Shown here piece by piece: positions 1 to 9,577 of a stretch of DNA of 52,368 nt. The DNA comes from a virus (Duplodnaviria > Caudoviricetes), in IMG/VR virus record IMGVR_UViG_3300010401_000336, positions 1 through 52,368 of that record; one strand, 5' to 3'. The notes under the pieces are model-generated. The model saw nothing but the letters and a program-made list of their open reading frames with translations, ran no database searches and had not been told where the DNA came from. Numbering within the stretch: position 1 is the stretch's first letter; every line of letters begins with the position of its first letter. Both the position numbers and the translations under genes were made by a program.

Positions 1-322
1 CATCGAACCTGTCCGCCTGCTCCGGCTCCCAATGGCTGTCGTGAAGAAACGCTACGCCCTTGTACGCCTGCTGCGCCGAGACGTTCGTGAACATCGTAAC
101 GTCGTGCCCGAGACTGGCGAGACCAAGCGCGTACTGGACGGCGGTGGTTTCGCTGCCGGTCATCCCGCGCTGGTCGGACATGAGAGCGTTCACGTCGAGC
201 GGGCGGCCCATCGCTAGGGATGGGTAGATGACGGCGATCCGCCTCTTGTCAGCGCTCGGCTGTCGCTTCGTCGCGAGATACATGGACACCGCTTCCGCCA
301 TTTCCTGTTCGTTGAGATCCAT
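1..322 (-). CDS. Glycosyltransferase, GT-B/GT4-like N-terminus (truncated by window edge; absent from ORF track)
   Basis: ATG at 322 overlaps the upstream TGA and the frame is open to base 1. It translates as MDLNEQ...RIAVIYPS...RGMTGSETTAVQYALGLASLGHDVTMFTN, paralleling GIGGSERMAWEMARRLVKLGNRVRVY in the adjacent gene. Confidence 0.8.
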   Translation of the reverse strand, partial: MDLNEQEMAEAVSMYLATKRQPSADKRRIAVIYPSLAMGRPLDVNALMSDQRGMTGSETTAVQYALGLASLGHDVTMFTNVSAQQAYKGVAFLHDSHWEPEQADRFD

Positions 323-2754
323 CAGGCAGCCCTCGCAAAATTCGTCCGATACCCCACGACCGGCATGACCTCGACCTCGCGCAAAACTTGGTGAAACATT
401 TTCACCCAGTCACGCGCGAGCGTATCGAGCGAGAAGTTCTCCCGCGCGTACCGCTTCAGCTCCTCACGGTCCTCCTCGCCCGGCTTCAGCATCGCCGCGA
501 CGCAAGCGTCCGCGAACTGCGCCTTGTACTCGGGAGACAGCCAGTAGCCGTCGATCATTGTGCCGCGCAGTCCAACGGTCTCGTTGAGCGCAGCGATCGG
601 TGAGGTGACGACGCGACAACCGGCGGCTTGGGCTTCTTGGCCGGTGATGCAGCTGGTCTCAGTCCACCAAGTGGGGTAGCTCCAAACGCCAGAGCGCATC
701 TGCTCTTTCGCCAGCTCCGGTGGACTGATGCGCCCATGAAAGTGAACCCCCTGGCTCGCCCGCTCCGCCATCAGCCGCTCGAGGAATTCGATCTGCTGCT
801 TCTGCTCCGGTGACGCGAATCGCTTCCAGATGTCGAGCCCATAGTAGATGTGCAGCGACGCGTCCGGCACCTTCTCGCGGATGAATGGCAGCGCCTCGAT
901 CGCAACGAAGACGCCGCGGTCGAGCGAGGACGAGTAGAACATCCGATGCGGGTCGCGCTCCTCGGGCTTGTCGTAGAGCGAGAGATCGATACCGTTTCGC
1001 GTCTTGATGACCTGCGTCTCGTGCACGAAGTCGTACGTCTGGAGGAAGAACTGCCGGTGCCAATCGCTCAGGCACAGGAACCGGTCGATGCGGTGCGCCC
1101 GAACCTGGTTCAGCTCGGCTCCGCAGTGCACGTCGTGAACCCAGCAGAGCCGTGCTTTCGCCTGAACCTCGAACTGGTCGTCGATGGCGATCGGCCGGCG
1201 CGAGGGGATGAGCACGTCGCAGGTGAGGTGGTGGTAATCGAGATGATTGAACCACTCCACGCCCTCGAAGTTTCCCGGCTGTTCGCAATCACCGTAGACC
1301 CGGACGCGGTTGCCGAGCTTGACGAGCCTGCGCGCCATCTCCCAGGCCATGCGCTCCGAGCCGCCGATGCCGGTGGCCGCGATCGTGTCGGGCGTCCACC
1401 GCTCGGCACTCGGCCCGATGTAAAGGATGATGTCGAGACCCGGGTGATGGATAATCGTTGCGGCAGACGAAGCCTGCGCGGGCTGGCCCTCTCCCGCTGC
1501 CGTAGTCTTGGCGCGAAACTTTCCGTCGACCGCGGCGTTGAAGAGCTGCAAAGCCTGGTCGCTCAGCGCGCCGACCTTGTGCATCTCCTGGCCGAGCTGG
1601 CGAGCCTGACCCTGGAATACCCGAGATTTGGCGACGTTCAGGTTGAACTGCGTGTTCGGGTCGGCCGGTAGCGTCTTCAGGATCTCCTCGCACGACGCCA
1701 GCGCCCCAGCCGGGTCACCGATGTTCATGCACGCGACGATCAGGTACCGGTGCACCTCGACCTTGCGCTCCATCGGGTTGATGAAGAGGACCGTCTGCGT
1801 CTCGGGCGACGTGAGGTACCGCCGCGCGAAGTTCACGCACCGTTCCCAGTCGCGGACGTTGCCGGTCTTCTGGGCAAGGAAGTAGTAGGTCTTGGAGAGC
1901 GAGAAGAATGCCTCGCCCCATGCCTCGCGGACGGGGATGGCTTTTAGCGCCCACTCCGCGGCCTCCTCGAACCTCTGGAGCCCCTGGTAGTGGCGGCAGA
2001 CCTCGAGGTGAGCCAGGTATTTCTCGTCCTCCCAGCCGCTGAGCGCGATGTAGCGCTTGTGCATGTCGATCGACTGCTCGGGGTTGCCCGTCCAGCCAAG
2101 CTCGAGCCCAAGGTAGTAGAGCGCGCGCACGTCCGTATCGCCCACCTTGTTGTGGTAGGTCTGGAGGATCCGCAAGTTGCGTCCGCTCTCGACGGTCTTC
2201 GCAATGTCGCGCCGGCGGTGCACGTTGCGGATGCCCTCTTGGATCAGGATCTTCGGCGTGTCGCCAACCTGTGGCACCAGCGTCTCGTGGACCGGCGAGA
2301 TCCACTTGAAGTCGCGAGCGGGCTTGACCAGGCGCTCACGGATGAAGCGCATGGTGATGTTCCCCTGACCGTCGTGGTCGTAGTCGTAGTTCCACATTAC
2401 ACACGCCCGGGGAAGGTGGTCGTGCGCGGCTACGATTTCAGAAAGCTTTTCGGCTCCCACCATCACATCGTCGCCGTCCATCCACATGACCCACGGCTGG
2501 GTAGCGAGATCGAACGAGCGTTGACGAGCGAGGGAGAAGTCTTCGATGCGGTCTTCGGCATCGTTGCAGGCCGTAAACCGTTCCCACTTGTCGGCGTACT
2601 TCTGCGCGATGGCCGGCGTGTCGTCGGTTGAGCCCGTGTCGACGATCACGATCTCGGCCACATAGGGACGGATCGACTGAAGAGCGGCCTCGATGTTGGC
2701 CTGCTCGTTGCGTGTTATCAGACACACCGATACCGGTGCCTTGGTAATAGACAA
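322..2754 (-). CDS. Bifunctional glycosyltransferase: GT2 (SunS-like) + TPR repeats + GT4
   Basis: N-terminal VSVCLITRNE, VDTGSTD, WMDGDD and VHE motifs; central TPR-like helices; C-terminal GIGGSE, YSSSLDRG and ETSCITGQEAQAAG motifs. TTG start. Confidence 0.9.
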   Translation of the reverse strand: MSITKAPVSVCLITRNEQANIEAALQSIRPYVAEIVIVDTGSTDDTPAIAQKYADKWERFTACNDAEDRIEDFSLARQRSFDLATQPWVMWMDGDDVMVGAEKLSEIVAAHDHLPRACVMWNYDYDHDGQGNITMRFIRERLVKPARDFKWISPVHETLVPQVGDTPKILIQEGIRNVHRRRDIAKTVESGRNLRILQTYHNKVGDTDVRALYYLGLELGWTGNPEQSIDMHKRYIALSGWEDEKYLAHLEVCRHYQGLQRFEEAAEWALKAIPVREAWGEAFFSLSKTYYFLAQKTGNVRDWERCVNFARRYLTSPETQTVLFINPMERKVEVHRYLIVACMNIGDPAGALASCEEILKTLPADPNTQFNLNVAKSRVFQGQARQLGQEMHKVGALSDQALQLFNAAVDGKFRAKTTAAGEGQPAQASSAATIIHHPGLDIILYIGPSAERWTPDTIAATGIGGSERMAWEMARRLVKLGNRVRVYGDCEQPGNFEGVEWFNHLDYHHLTCDVLIPSRRPIAIDDQFEVQAKARLCWVHDVHCGAELNQVRAHRIDRFLCLSDWHRQFFLQTYDFVHETQVIKTRNGIDLSLYDKPEERDPHRMFYSSSLDRGVFVAIEALPFIREKVPDASLHIYYGLDIWKRFASPEQKQQIEFLERLMAERASQGVHFHGRISPPELAKEQMRSGVWSYPTWWTETSCITGQEAQAAGCRVVTSPIAALNETVGLRGTMIDGYWLSPEYKAQFADACVAAMLKPGEEDREELKRYARENFSLDTLARDWVKMFHQVLREVEVMPVVGYRTNFARAA

Positions 2755-2835
2755 AACGAACCCCGTTTCTTTGCCGTTGGTAGAGCGCGACGGCAGGGCG
2801 CGCGGGTTTGAAAAAGCTAAGCTAAGAAGAAGACT

Positions 2836-3102
2836 TTACGGCGTGATGTAGAACTCGATGCGCCCCACGAGCAGTTCGTTCTCGGTGGTCAGGTGGTTGG
2901 TGGCCACGAACAACTCGCCGCACCGATCGCTGCCAACCGTGATCGTCACCTGTTCGCTGGTCATCGTGGCCCCGTAGAGCGTCATACCTTCGCTCGGGGA
3001 GATGCTCCAAGTCGAGGTGATGCCGGTCGCGCCGTCGAGCTTTGGCCTGTAGTCGATGCCCCAGTCGAGGATCTCGCCGGCTGATTGTTGAGCGTGGAAC
3101 AT
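2836..3102 (-). CDS. Small virion-associated protein (fibre adaptor-like)
   Basis: 88 aa, beta-rich, with EILDWGIDY...ITSTWSISP; in operon with the fibre genes. Confidence 0.55.
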   Translation of the reverse strand: MFHAQQSAGEILDWGIDYRPKLDGATGITSTWSISPSEGMTLYGATMTSEQVTITVGSDRCGELFVATNHLTTENELLVGRIEFYITP

Positions 3103-3106
3103 GGGT

Positions 3107-3832
3107 TTAGAAGTTGGCCGCAGAGAAAATGACCGGCCGCCGTTGCCACTCGATCGGCTGCTCCTGGCTGTCGGTGAAGCTGCCCGCGCGGGTAAAGTTC
3201 GTGGCCGTTGTCCCTAGGTCGAGCTGGACGCTGGCCGCGTTCTGGCAGTCCAGGTATGTGTAGGCGCCGCCGGCCACGATTGCCGAGATTGGCGCCCGCT
3301 GTTGAAACTGCGCGATGGCCTGCGCCTGCGTCAGTTCGAGTGGACATACAATAAAGTGCGCGATCTTCCCGTTGAGAAAGAAGTCGCTCACGGAATCCGT
3401 GAATACGTCCAGGCTCACCGGGACCAGGGCAGTGGTGGTGGCCCGCGACGGCGTAATAAGGAACGAAGGGCTAGCTGGGTTGAAGCCCTCGATCAGGCAA
3501 TAGATGCTCTGCGCCCCGCTCCCTACGTTGTACGTGTAGCAGAAATGGATCCACCGCCCTACGAGCGAGGCGTTCGAGCCAATGGCGACATCGGTATTTG
3601 TGCTGGCACCAGTCTTGTATTCGACCTCAATGTCATCACCATTCGCGGCGTCATCTTGGAAGGCGGTCCAGAAGTCGAGCGTCGGATTGAACGCGCTAAA
3701 CGGGCTAGGGAAGGTGCCGGTGACTGCGGCGGCCCACTTCGCGGCAAAGGCGATAGAGAACGCCGTCGTTACATTCAACGCAAATGACCGGGTGAGCGAA
3801 CAGCCTGAGCCGCCTATGACAGAGTTTCCCAT
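3107..3832 (-). CDS. LamG/concanavalin-like lectin-domain protein
   Basis: FSIAFAAKW, GRWIHFCYTY and FLNGKIAHFIVCPLELTQAQ match the LamG-like jellyroll pattern. Confidence 0.65.
   Translation of the reverse strand: MGNSVIGGSGCSLTRSFALNVTTAFSIAFAAKWAAAVTGTFPSPFSAFNPTLDFWTAFQDDAANGDDIEVEYKTGASTNTDVAIGSNASLVGRWIHFCYTYNVGSGAQSIYCLIEGFNPASPSFLITPSRATTTALVPVSLDVFTDSVSDFFLNGKIAHFIVCPLELTQAQAIAQFQQRAPISAIVAGGAYTYLDCQNAASVQLDLGTTATNFTRAGSFTDSQEQPIEWQRRPVIFSAANF
3567..3661 (+). repeat. 95-bp exact direct repeat, copy 1 (copy 2 is the last 95 bp of the window)
   Basis: gaggcgttcgagcc...gtcatcttggaa is identical to 52274-52368 in a base-by-base comparison. Confidence 0.95.
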
Positions 3833-5224
3833 CTACTCCACCACCACAACCCAGTCAGGATCGCCGCCCGCGTTGTTACCAAAAGTCGTGGTATCGAATG
3901 CCTGGCTGCCGCTATTGGCATGCGTGGTCACGGTCGTGGGCGTTCCGTTGGTCGGGTCGATTCGCTTGATCGTCACCGTCGCCGCGCTGAATCCGGAAAA
4001 CGCGAGCGTCACGCTGCCCGCCGCCGGGACGTAGAGCCCTCCCCACGAACCGTCGGAAGCCTTCGATGCCGTGACGTAGTTGGCCGTTCCGGCAGTGCCT
4101 CGGCCGGCGGTGACGAAAGTGTTCGATTCATCAGGTACCAGCAGGTGCCAAGCGCGCGAGCGGATCGCCGTCGCCATCACCAGGAAGTGCGACATCGAGG
4201 TCGTGGTGAGGTTGCTCGTCCACGGCCCGTTGTTCGCGCTGAAGAGTGGGTTGCTTACCGTGCGGTTGCCGCCGAACGGCCACACGGCTTCATCGCCGTG
4301 GATCCAACCAGCGAGTCCACCGGAGAAGATCGACTGCCAGTGCTGGGAGCGAAGCTGCAAAGCGGTCGCCCCGCCGCCACCCGTGTTGCCCTCGTACCGG
4401 CCTTCGCCGAGGAGAACGGGCACAGGAGAGCCGAGGTCATATCCGCGCTGTACGGTGTCGTTGGTGATGACGCCGACCTGCGCGAAGTTGACGTCGTGCA
4501 TCGACGAATCGCCCACGTCGGTGGCGAGCGCGTCGGGCGGCCCACCCCAGTGAGCCGTGCGCAGCTGCGTCAGATTGGCCGCTTTGAGGATGGCCGCGAA
4601 CCCCTCGAGCAGGGTAAGCGCCGCACCGCTTAGTGGTGTCGGCGTCGAGTCGGGAGCAAGATCGCCGCCGATCACCCAGATAATGTTTTTGAAGCTCGCG
4701 TAGCGGGCGGCAAGGAAGGACGCGTACGCGTTGACCTTCGTCGTCCCGTTCGCGAGCAGCTGGTTGTACCAACCCTGGTCACCGCCGTGGCTGCCCATGT
4801 AGAGCGGGAACGCATAGACGAGAAAACCGCGCGCCAGGCATGCGTTGAGGTAGAAATCGACGTTCGCCCAGTAGGTTGCCGCAGGCAGCGAGAAGTCCGC
4901 GACCGTCGTCGCGCCACCACCACCAGTCGCGCCTGTGAAAGGTGAGTTGCCGTTTGCATCGAACGGCGGGGATTGCGAGAAGCAGTTTTCGATCAGCTCA
5001 ACGATTACGGTGTTGATCCCCTTGGCCTGCCTGTCGTTGAGGTAGGTGATCATCTCCGACTGCTGGAGCTGAGTGATCACGTCCCAGCCGGCATCGCCGA
5101 CTGGCAAGAACGGCACACCGCTCGGCGACTGAAAGAACCGCCGGTTGGCCGAGACGGAGAGGGGGAAGGTTCCTAAATTGGCGTTGTTGTGCAGCCGCCG
5201 GCTGGATCTGAATGAATAGGGCAT
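3833..5224 (-). CDS. DUF4038 (apiosidase/GH140-like) catalytic domain + putative collagen-binding C-terminal domain
   Basis: PFLPVGDAGW, YLNDRQAKGINTV, NIIWVIGGD and VLLGEGRYEG; C-terminal LYVPAAGSVTL...IDPTNG...DPDWVVVVE. Start moved to the ATG at 5224, which overlaps the upstream TGA. Confidence 0.8.
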   Translation of the reverse strand: MPYSFRSSRRLHNNANLGTFPLSVSANRRFFQSPSGVPFLPVGDAGWDVITQLQQSEMITYLNDRQAKGINTVIVELIENCFSQSPPFDANGNSPFTGATGGGGATTVADFSLPAATYWANVDFYLNACLARGFLVYAFPLYMGSHGGDQGWYNQLLANGTTKVNAYASFLAARYASFKNIIWVIGGDLAPDSTPTPLSGAALTLLEGFAAILKAANLTQLRTAHWGGPPDALATDVGDSSMHDVNFAQVGVITNDTVQRGYDLGSPVPVLLGEGRYEGNTGGGGATALQLRSQHWQSIFSGGLAGWIHGDEAVWPFGGNRTVSNPLFSANNGPWTSNLTTTSMSHFLVMATAIRSRAWHLLVPDESNTFVTAGRGTAGTANYVTASKASDGSWGGLYVPAAGSVTLAFSGFSAATVTIKRIDPTNGTPTTVTTHANSGSQAFDTTTFGNNAGGDPDWVVVVE

Positions 5225-8200
5225 CAGCCGAACGCCGCGCCGGCGCTCTGTACGTAGTACTGATTTGCCTGTGGCCCGGTGACGCCAACGGCGTACACAG
5301 AGAACAGATCGACGGTGCCGCTCATCGGGGAGCCGAAGTCCTGCATCTGGCTCGGCCAGTTGACGCGGCCCGTGGTGCCCGTCGGCCAATTCATCAGCGC
5401 CGTCGCCTTCCAGTGGAAGACGCGAAGCAAGTAGTTTCCGGGGCCCGTTGGCCCGGTCATGATGATGTTGGTCGTCGTGCCGATCGGGACGTACTGCTTC
5501 TGCCCCTTGGACAGATCGATGATCATCGTCTGGCCGGTCGTGGGATTCAGGAACTCACCGGCGAACTGGACGGAGTTGACGCCGAGCAAACGCCCGGAGT
5601 CGTCGAGGACGACCGGGCTATTGAGTAGCGCGCCGCCGCTCATACCGGTCCAGCGCGCGATGGCGTTCTGCGTCGCGCTTCCGGGGCCCACGATCGTTCC
5701 CGCTCCGCCGCCTCCAGCTGCGCCTGCTGGACCTTGTGCACCCTGCGGACCGGTCGGTCCGGTAGCGCCCGCGGGTCCGGTCGGGCCGGTAGGGCCGAGC
5801 CCGCCAGTTGGTCCCGTTGGGCCTAATCCACCGGTTGGGCCACCAGGTCCCGTCGGCTGAAGCGCGCCGGTGCCGAACGTTAGGGCGGGACTTGCGTAGT
5901 AGACGCCGAGTCGATCCTCAAAGAAGAGGATGTCCTCAGCTCCGCTTGCCACGCTGAGTGTTGGGATCGCGTTGCCCTGCCAGCGGACACCAGTCGGCCA
6001 GGTACTAACGAAGGTATTCGGCTCGACATGCTTGACCCGGAGCGCAAGCGACTGTGGGCCCGATGGCGGGCCGGTGAAGAGGAACGACGTGAGCGTCCCG
6101 ATGAACGCCGCTTGGTCGGGCCCGCTTGCCCAGTTGATGATCTGTGTCTGCCCGGTCGGAACCGAGACTTCCGCCGCATACTGAAGGCGCCGAACGTTCG
6201 AGAGTGTGCCGTCCGTTCCGATATAGACGGTGCTGTTCTTTAGGGTCGTGCCGCCGACGCCAGACCAAAGCGCGATGGCGTTGTCGACCGTCGCGTTGGG
6301 CCCGGTGATCCCGCCGCCACCGCCGGAGCTGGAGCCGTTGGCGCCAGCCGGTCCAGTGGCTCCCTGAGGTCCAGTTGGACCCGTGGATCCGAGTTGTCCT
6401 GTGACACCAGTGGCACCTTGAAGCCCAGTTGCGCCCTGAGGCCCCGTTGCACCCTGCTGTCCGGTCGGACCTTGCTGTCCCGTCGGGCCAAAGTTTCCGC
6501 TACCGCCCGTGCCGAAGGTGAGCGCAGCTGCGCCGTAGTAGGCGAGCTGAGTTGGACTGGTGCGCCTCCCGTCAACGACAACCAGATCGTGCGCGCCGCT
6601 GGCCGTGCTGAGCGTCGGGGTAACGCTGTCTTGCCAGAGGATCCCGGTCGGTTGCCATACGCCAGCCGTGTTGGCAGCGTTGTGGATGATGCGAAGGTTG
6701 ACCCAGCACGGACCCGTGGGCGGCCCCGTGAACATGAACGACGTGATCGCGTCAGAGACGAGCGCAGTTTGGTAGGGGCCGCTCTGGAAATTGATGATCT
6801 GCGTGAGGCCCGTCGGGACCTGAACGTCGCCAGCGAATTCGAGCGAGCGGACGCCGAATAGATTGCCGCCGTCGGTAAGCGCGACGGTGCTGTTGTTGAT
6901 CGCGGTGCCGTTTGGTCCGCTCCAGCGAACAAGTGCCTGGTGCTGCGTGATCGCGGGACCAGTGATCCCGGCGCCCCCTCCGCCTGAACCAGAGCCGTTA
7001 GCGCCCGCAGGACCGGTGACCCCGGGAGATCCCTGGGCACCCTGCGGTCCGATGCTGCCGGTGGGCCCCACAGAACCGGTGGGGCCGAGCCCGCCGGTCG
7101 GGCCGATCGTTCCCGTTGGTCCAACCTGGCCAGTTGGTCCTACGGTTCCAGTGGGCCCGACCGTGCCAGTAGGGCCCTGCTGTCCGGTCGGACCAACCTG
7201 TCCAGTAGGCCCGACGGTACCGGTCGGTCCCTGTTGACCGGTGGGGCCAACGCTTCCGGTGGGACCAGCGGCTCCTGTGACACCAGGCGAACCTTGGCTA
7301 CCAGCGGGTCCGGTCGGCCCAGTCGCGCCGGTTACACCTTGTGGACCGATCGTGCCCGTAGGTCCCTGCTGCCCAGTCGGTCCTTGGGGACCGGTGACAC
7401 CAGGACTACCCTGCTGACCCGCTGGTCCGGTCGGACCAGTGCTGCCCGTGACACCAGGGGCCCCCGCGGATCCTTGGCTTCCCTGAGCACCCTGTGGGCC
7501 CGTGACACCGGGAGAGCCTTGCTGCCCCGCGGGACCCGTCGGTCCGGTTGGACCCGTGACGCCAGGACTTCCTTGCGGGCCAGCGCCCGATCCTGCTGCA
7601 CCCTGTGGACCGGTCGACCCCGGGCTTCCCTGCTGGCCGGCGGCGCCGGTTGGCCCCGTCGTTCCCGTCGGACCAATCGCGCCCTCGAGCGAGGTGAGCA
7701 CCACAGAGCCGGTGAGGAAAACCTGGTGGGTGCCGGTGCCCTTCGAGAATTCAATCCAGCCGGTGTGGCCGCCCGGGCCGCTCGCCCGAATGACATTCTG
7801 GACCGTGACCGACTCGCGAACCGCGGTGCCGCCCTGAAGCGAGCGGACAACCGGCCCGGCAACTCCGTCGATGACTAGCCGAACGTCAACTTCGTTGAAC
7901 TGCGAGCCGGTGGCTTGGCCTCCAGTCGCCTGGAGCTCAAGCACGCCGACACCCCAGACCGGCGCCGTTGCCCCGCCGATGACGTAGGCAAAGCTGTTGT
8001 TGACCGCCGTGAACCCGAAGCCAGACGCCGCGCCGGGGCCGCCGCTCGTGCCCGACCAAACCGACGTTCCGACGGGAAGGCCGGCAATAATTGCGGCAGG
8101 TCCAGTAACCCCGGGAGAGCCCTGGCTGCCTTGCGCTCCAGCGGGTCCGGTCGGGCCGGTTGCGCCGGTGGTTCCCGCGGGACCCGTTGGTCCAGTGTTG

Positions 8201-8793
8201 CCTACCTGACCGGTCGGTCCAGCGGAGCCCGTCGGTCCGAGTCCACCTGTGGGTCCAGTCGGACCGAGCCCACCGGTAGATCCGATTTGCCCGCTCGGGC
8301 CCTGCTGCCCAGTAGGGCCGATCGATCCAGTGGGGCCAACCGTTCCCGTCTGTCCCTGCGGGCCAGTAACGCCGGGTGATCCTTGCGAGCCCGCCGGGCC
8401 TGTTGATCCGGCAACGCCAGCGGAACCCTGTGTGCCCTGTTGTCCAGCTGGACCCGTCGGGCCAGTCGCACCCGTCGCGCCGCGCTGACCCGTTGGACCG
8501 GTGACACCGGGCGTTCCTTGTGGCGCCCCAGCGGGGCCAGTAACGCCCGGGCTACCCTGCGCACCATCGGCGCCAGCGGGGCCGGTTGGTCCTTGTGGAC
8601 CGGTCGTGCCACCGCCAAAAGAAACGCCGCTGGGCAGCCCCGAGAAGACCCCGGGAGATCCCTGCGGCCCCTGCGGTCCGGTCGCCCCACGCGGTCCAGT
8701 CGCTCCGCTCGTGCTCGACCCGCTATTGTTGTTCGGTACTCCGCACGGAGCATCGCAATAGACGATGAACGTTCTACAGGCGGGGGCGGCCAT
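5224..8793 (-). CDS. Collagen-like (Gly-X-Y) fibre protein with three paralogous globular domains
   Basis: Long [12 protein letters not shown] triplet tracts. Three repeats begin GP...(ALVR/AIAL/AIAR)W(S/T)G...(N/K/L)NS. Confidence 0.9.
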   Translation of the reverse strand: MAAPACRTFIVYCDAPCGVPNNNSGSSTSGATGPRGATGPQGPQGSPGVFSGLPSGVSFGGGTTGPQGPTGPAGADGAQGSPGVTGPAGAPQGTPGVTGPTGQRGATGATGPTGPAGQQGTQGSAGVAGSTGPAGSQGSPGVTGPQGQTGTVGPTGSIGPTGQQGPSGQIGSTGGLGPTGPTGGLGPTGSAGPTGQVGNTGPTGPAGTTGATGPTGPAGAQGSQGSPGVTGPAAIIAGLPVGTSVWSGTSGGPGAASGFGFTAVNNSFAYVIGGATAPVWGVGVLELQATGGQATGSQFNEVDVRLVIDGVAGPVVRSLQGGTAVRESVTVQNVIRASGPGGHTGWIEFSKGTGTHQVFLTGSVVLTSLEGAIGPTGTTGPTGAAGQQGSPGSTGPQGAAGSGAGPQGSPGVTGPTGPTGPAGQQGSPGVTGPQGAQGSQGSAGAPGVTGSTGPTGPAGQQGSPGVTGPQGPTGQQGPTGTIGPQGVTGATGPTGPAGSQGSPGVTGAAGPTGSVGPTGQQGPTGTVGPTGQVGPTGQQGPTGTVGPTGTVGPTGQVGPTGTIGPTGGLGPTGSVGPTGSIGPQGAQGSPGVTGPAGANGSGSGGGGAGITGPAITQHQALVRWSGPNGTAINNSTVALTDGGNLFGVRSLEFAGDVQVPTGLTQIINFQSGPYQTALVSDAITSFMFTGPPTGPCWVNLRIIHNAANTAGVWQPTGILWQDSVTPTLSTASGAHDLVVVDGRRTSPTQLAYYGAAALTFGTGGSGNFGPTGQQGPTGQQGATGPQGATGLQGATGVTGQLGSTGPTGPQGATGPAGANGSSSGGGGGITGPNATVDNAIALWSGVGGTTLKNSTVYIGTDGTLSNVRRLQYAAEVSVPTGQTQIINWASGPDQAAFIGTLTSFLFTGPPSGPQSLALRVKHVEPNTFVSTWPTGVRWQGNAIPTLSVASGAEDILFFEDRLGVYYASPALTFGTGALQPTGPGGPTGGLGPTGPTGGLGPTGPTGPAGATGPTGPQGAQGPAGAAGGGGAGTIVGPGSATQNAIARWTGMSGGALLNSPVVLDDSGRLLGVNSVQFAGEFLNPTTGQTMIIDLSKGQKQYVPIGTTTNIIMTGPTGPGNYLLRVFHWKATALMNWPTGTTGRVNWPSQMQDFGSPMSGTVDLFSVYAVGVTGPQANQYYVQSAGAAFG

Positions 8794-8839
8794 GGGTAAA
8801 GCTAAGAGGGTGCACGCGCTGTCTGGCGCGCAAGTAAAG

Positions 8840-9577
8840 TCAGGCCCACTCGGTCAAAGAATAGGCGTAGTAAGCGGCGGCCTCGGCGGCAGAATGCGTG
8901 CGCGCGAGCACCACGAGCTCAGCCAGCGCGCCATCGAAAGAATCCGAGGCCCCAGGCCCGTCGAAAAGTCGGAACCGGTTGAATGTCTGCGTGCCCACGT
9001 TGGCCGAGCCAAGACCTGCGGCGTTCCCGTTGAGGAAGAACGACATCACGGTCCCGGAGAACGAATAGCTAGCTCGAGTATGCGCACCGGTCGCAAAAAG
9101 ACCTGGCGAACTTACCGACGCCGACGCCGAAGCATCGTCCTCGCGGTCGTAACGCAGCACGTTGGATCCTGGGTTGTCACAGCGGCAAACCGACGTTGCG
9201 GCACCAGTCGTGTGATCCCAGGCGGTGAGCACATTGCTCCCGATTGTGTCGATCCTGAATGTTGCAAAGACAGAGAACGCGATGTCGTCGCCATTCATCC
9301 TGGAAAGCACGCTTCCGGATGTCAGAGATAGGGACTCAAGTGAATTGGTCGTGAGTACTGGGCGGCCACCCCAGCTCGTCGTGTCCCAGGTCGGCTGAAG
9401 CGAAACGGTAGTCTGCGCAACCGTATTTCCGTTGCCGCTTCGGTCTGACCACTGCGACACGGTACCGGAGCCGGTGACGTTCGCGTAGTTGGTCGACGCG
9501 TACCACCAGGCAAGCGGGTTCAGCGAACCGGGCGACCAACCAGTCTCGCCCGCTGCAATGATCTGCCTGAGATCCAT
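8840..9577 (-). CDS. LamG-like virion protein
   Basis: [14 protein letters not shown]...QPTW and [13 protein letters not shown] motifs, typical of phage LamG-like proteins. Confidence 0.7.
   Translation of the reverse strand: MDLRQIIAAGETGWSPGSLNPLAWWYASTNYANVTGSGTVSQWSDRSGNGNTVAQTTVSLQPTWDTTSWGGRPVLTTNSLESLSLTSGSVLSRMNGDDIAFSVFATFRIDTIGSNVLTAWDHTTGAATSVCRCDNPGSNVLRYDREDDASASASVSSPGLFATGAHTRASYSFSGTVMSFFLNGNAAGLGSANVGTQTFNRFRLFDGPGASDSFDGALAELVVLARTHSAAEAAAYYAYSLTEWA

Noticed and set aside
3567-3661. Diversity-generating retroelement TR/VR pair with 52274-52368
   Set aside because: The copies are identical with no adenine-specific mismatches, the segment is mid-gene, and no reverse transcriptase is in the window.
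5459-8761. Plus-strand GPV/GPC collagen-like ORFs
   Set aside because: Reverse-complement echo of the GPT codon repeats.
2813-8807. Shared AAAGCTAAG 9-mer in two intergenic gaps (2813-2821, 8798-8806) as a late-promoter motif
   Set aside because: Only two short copies at different distances from the start codons; insufficient support.
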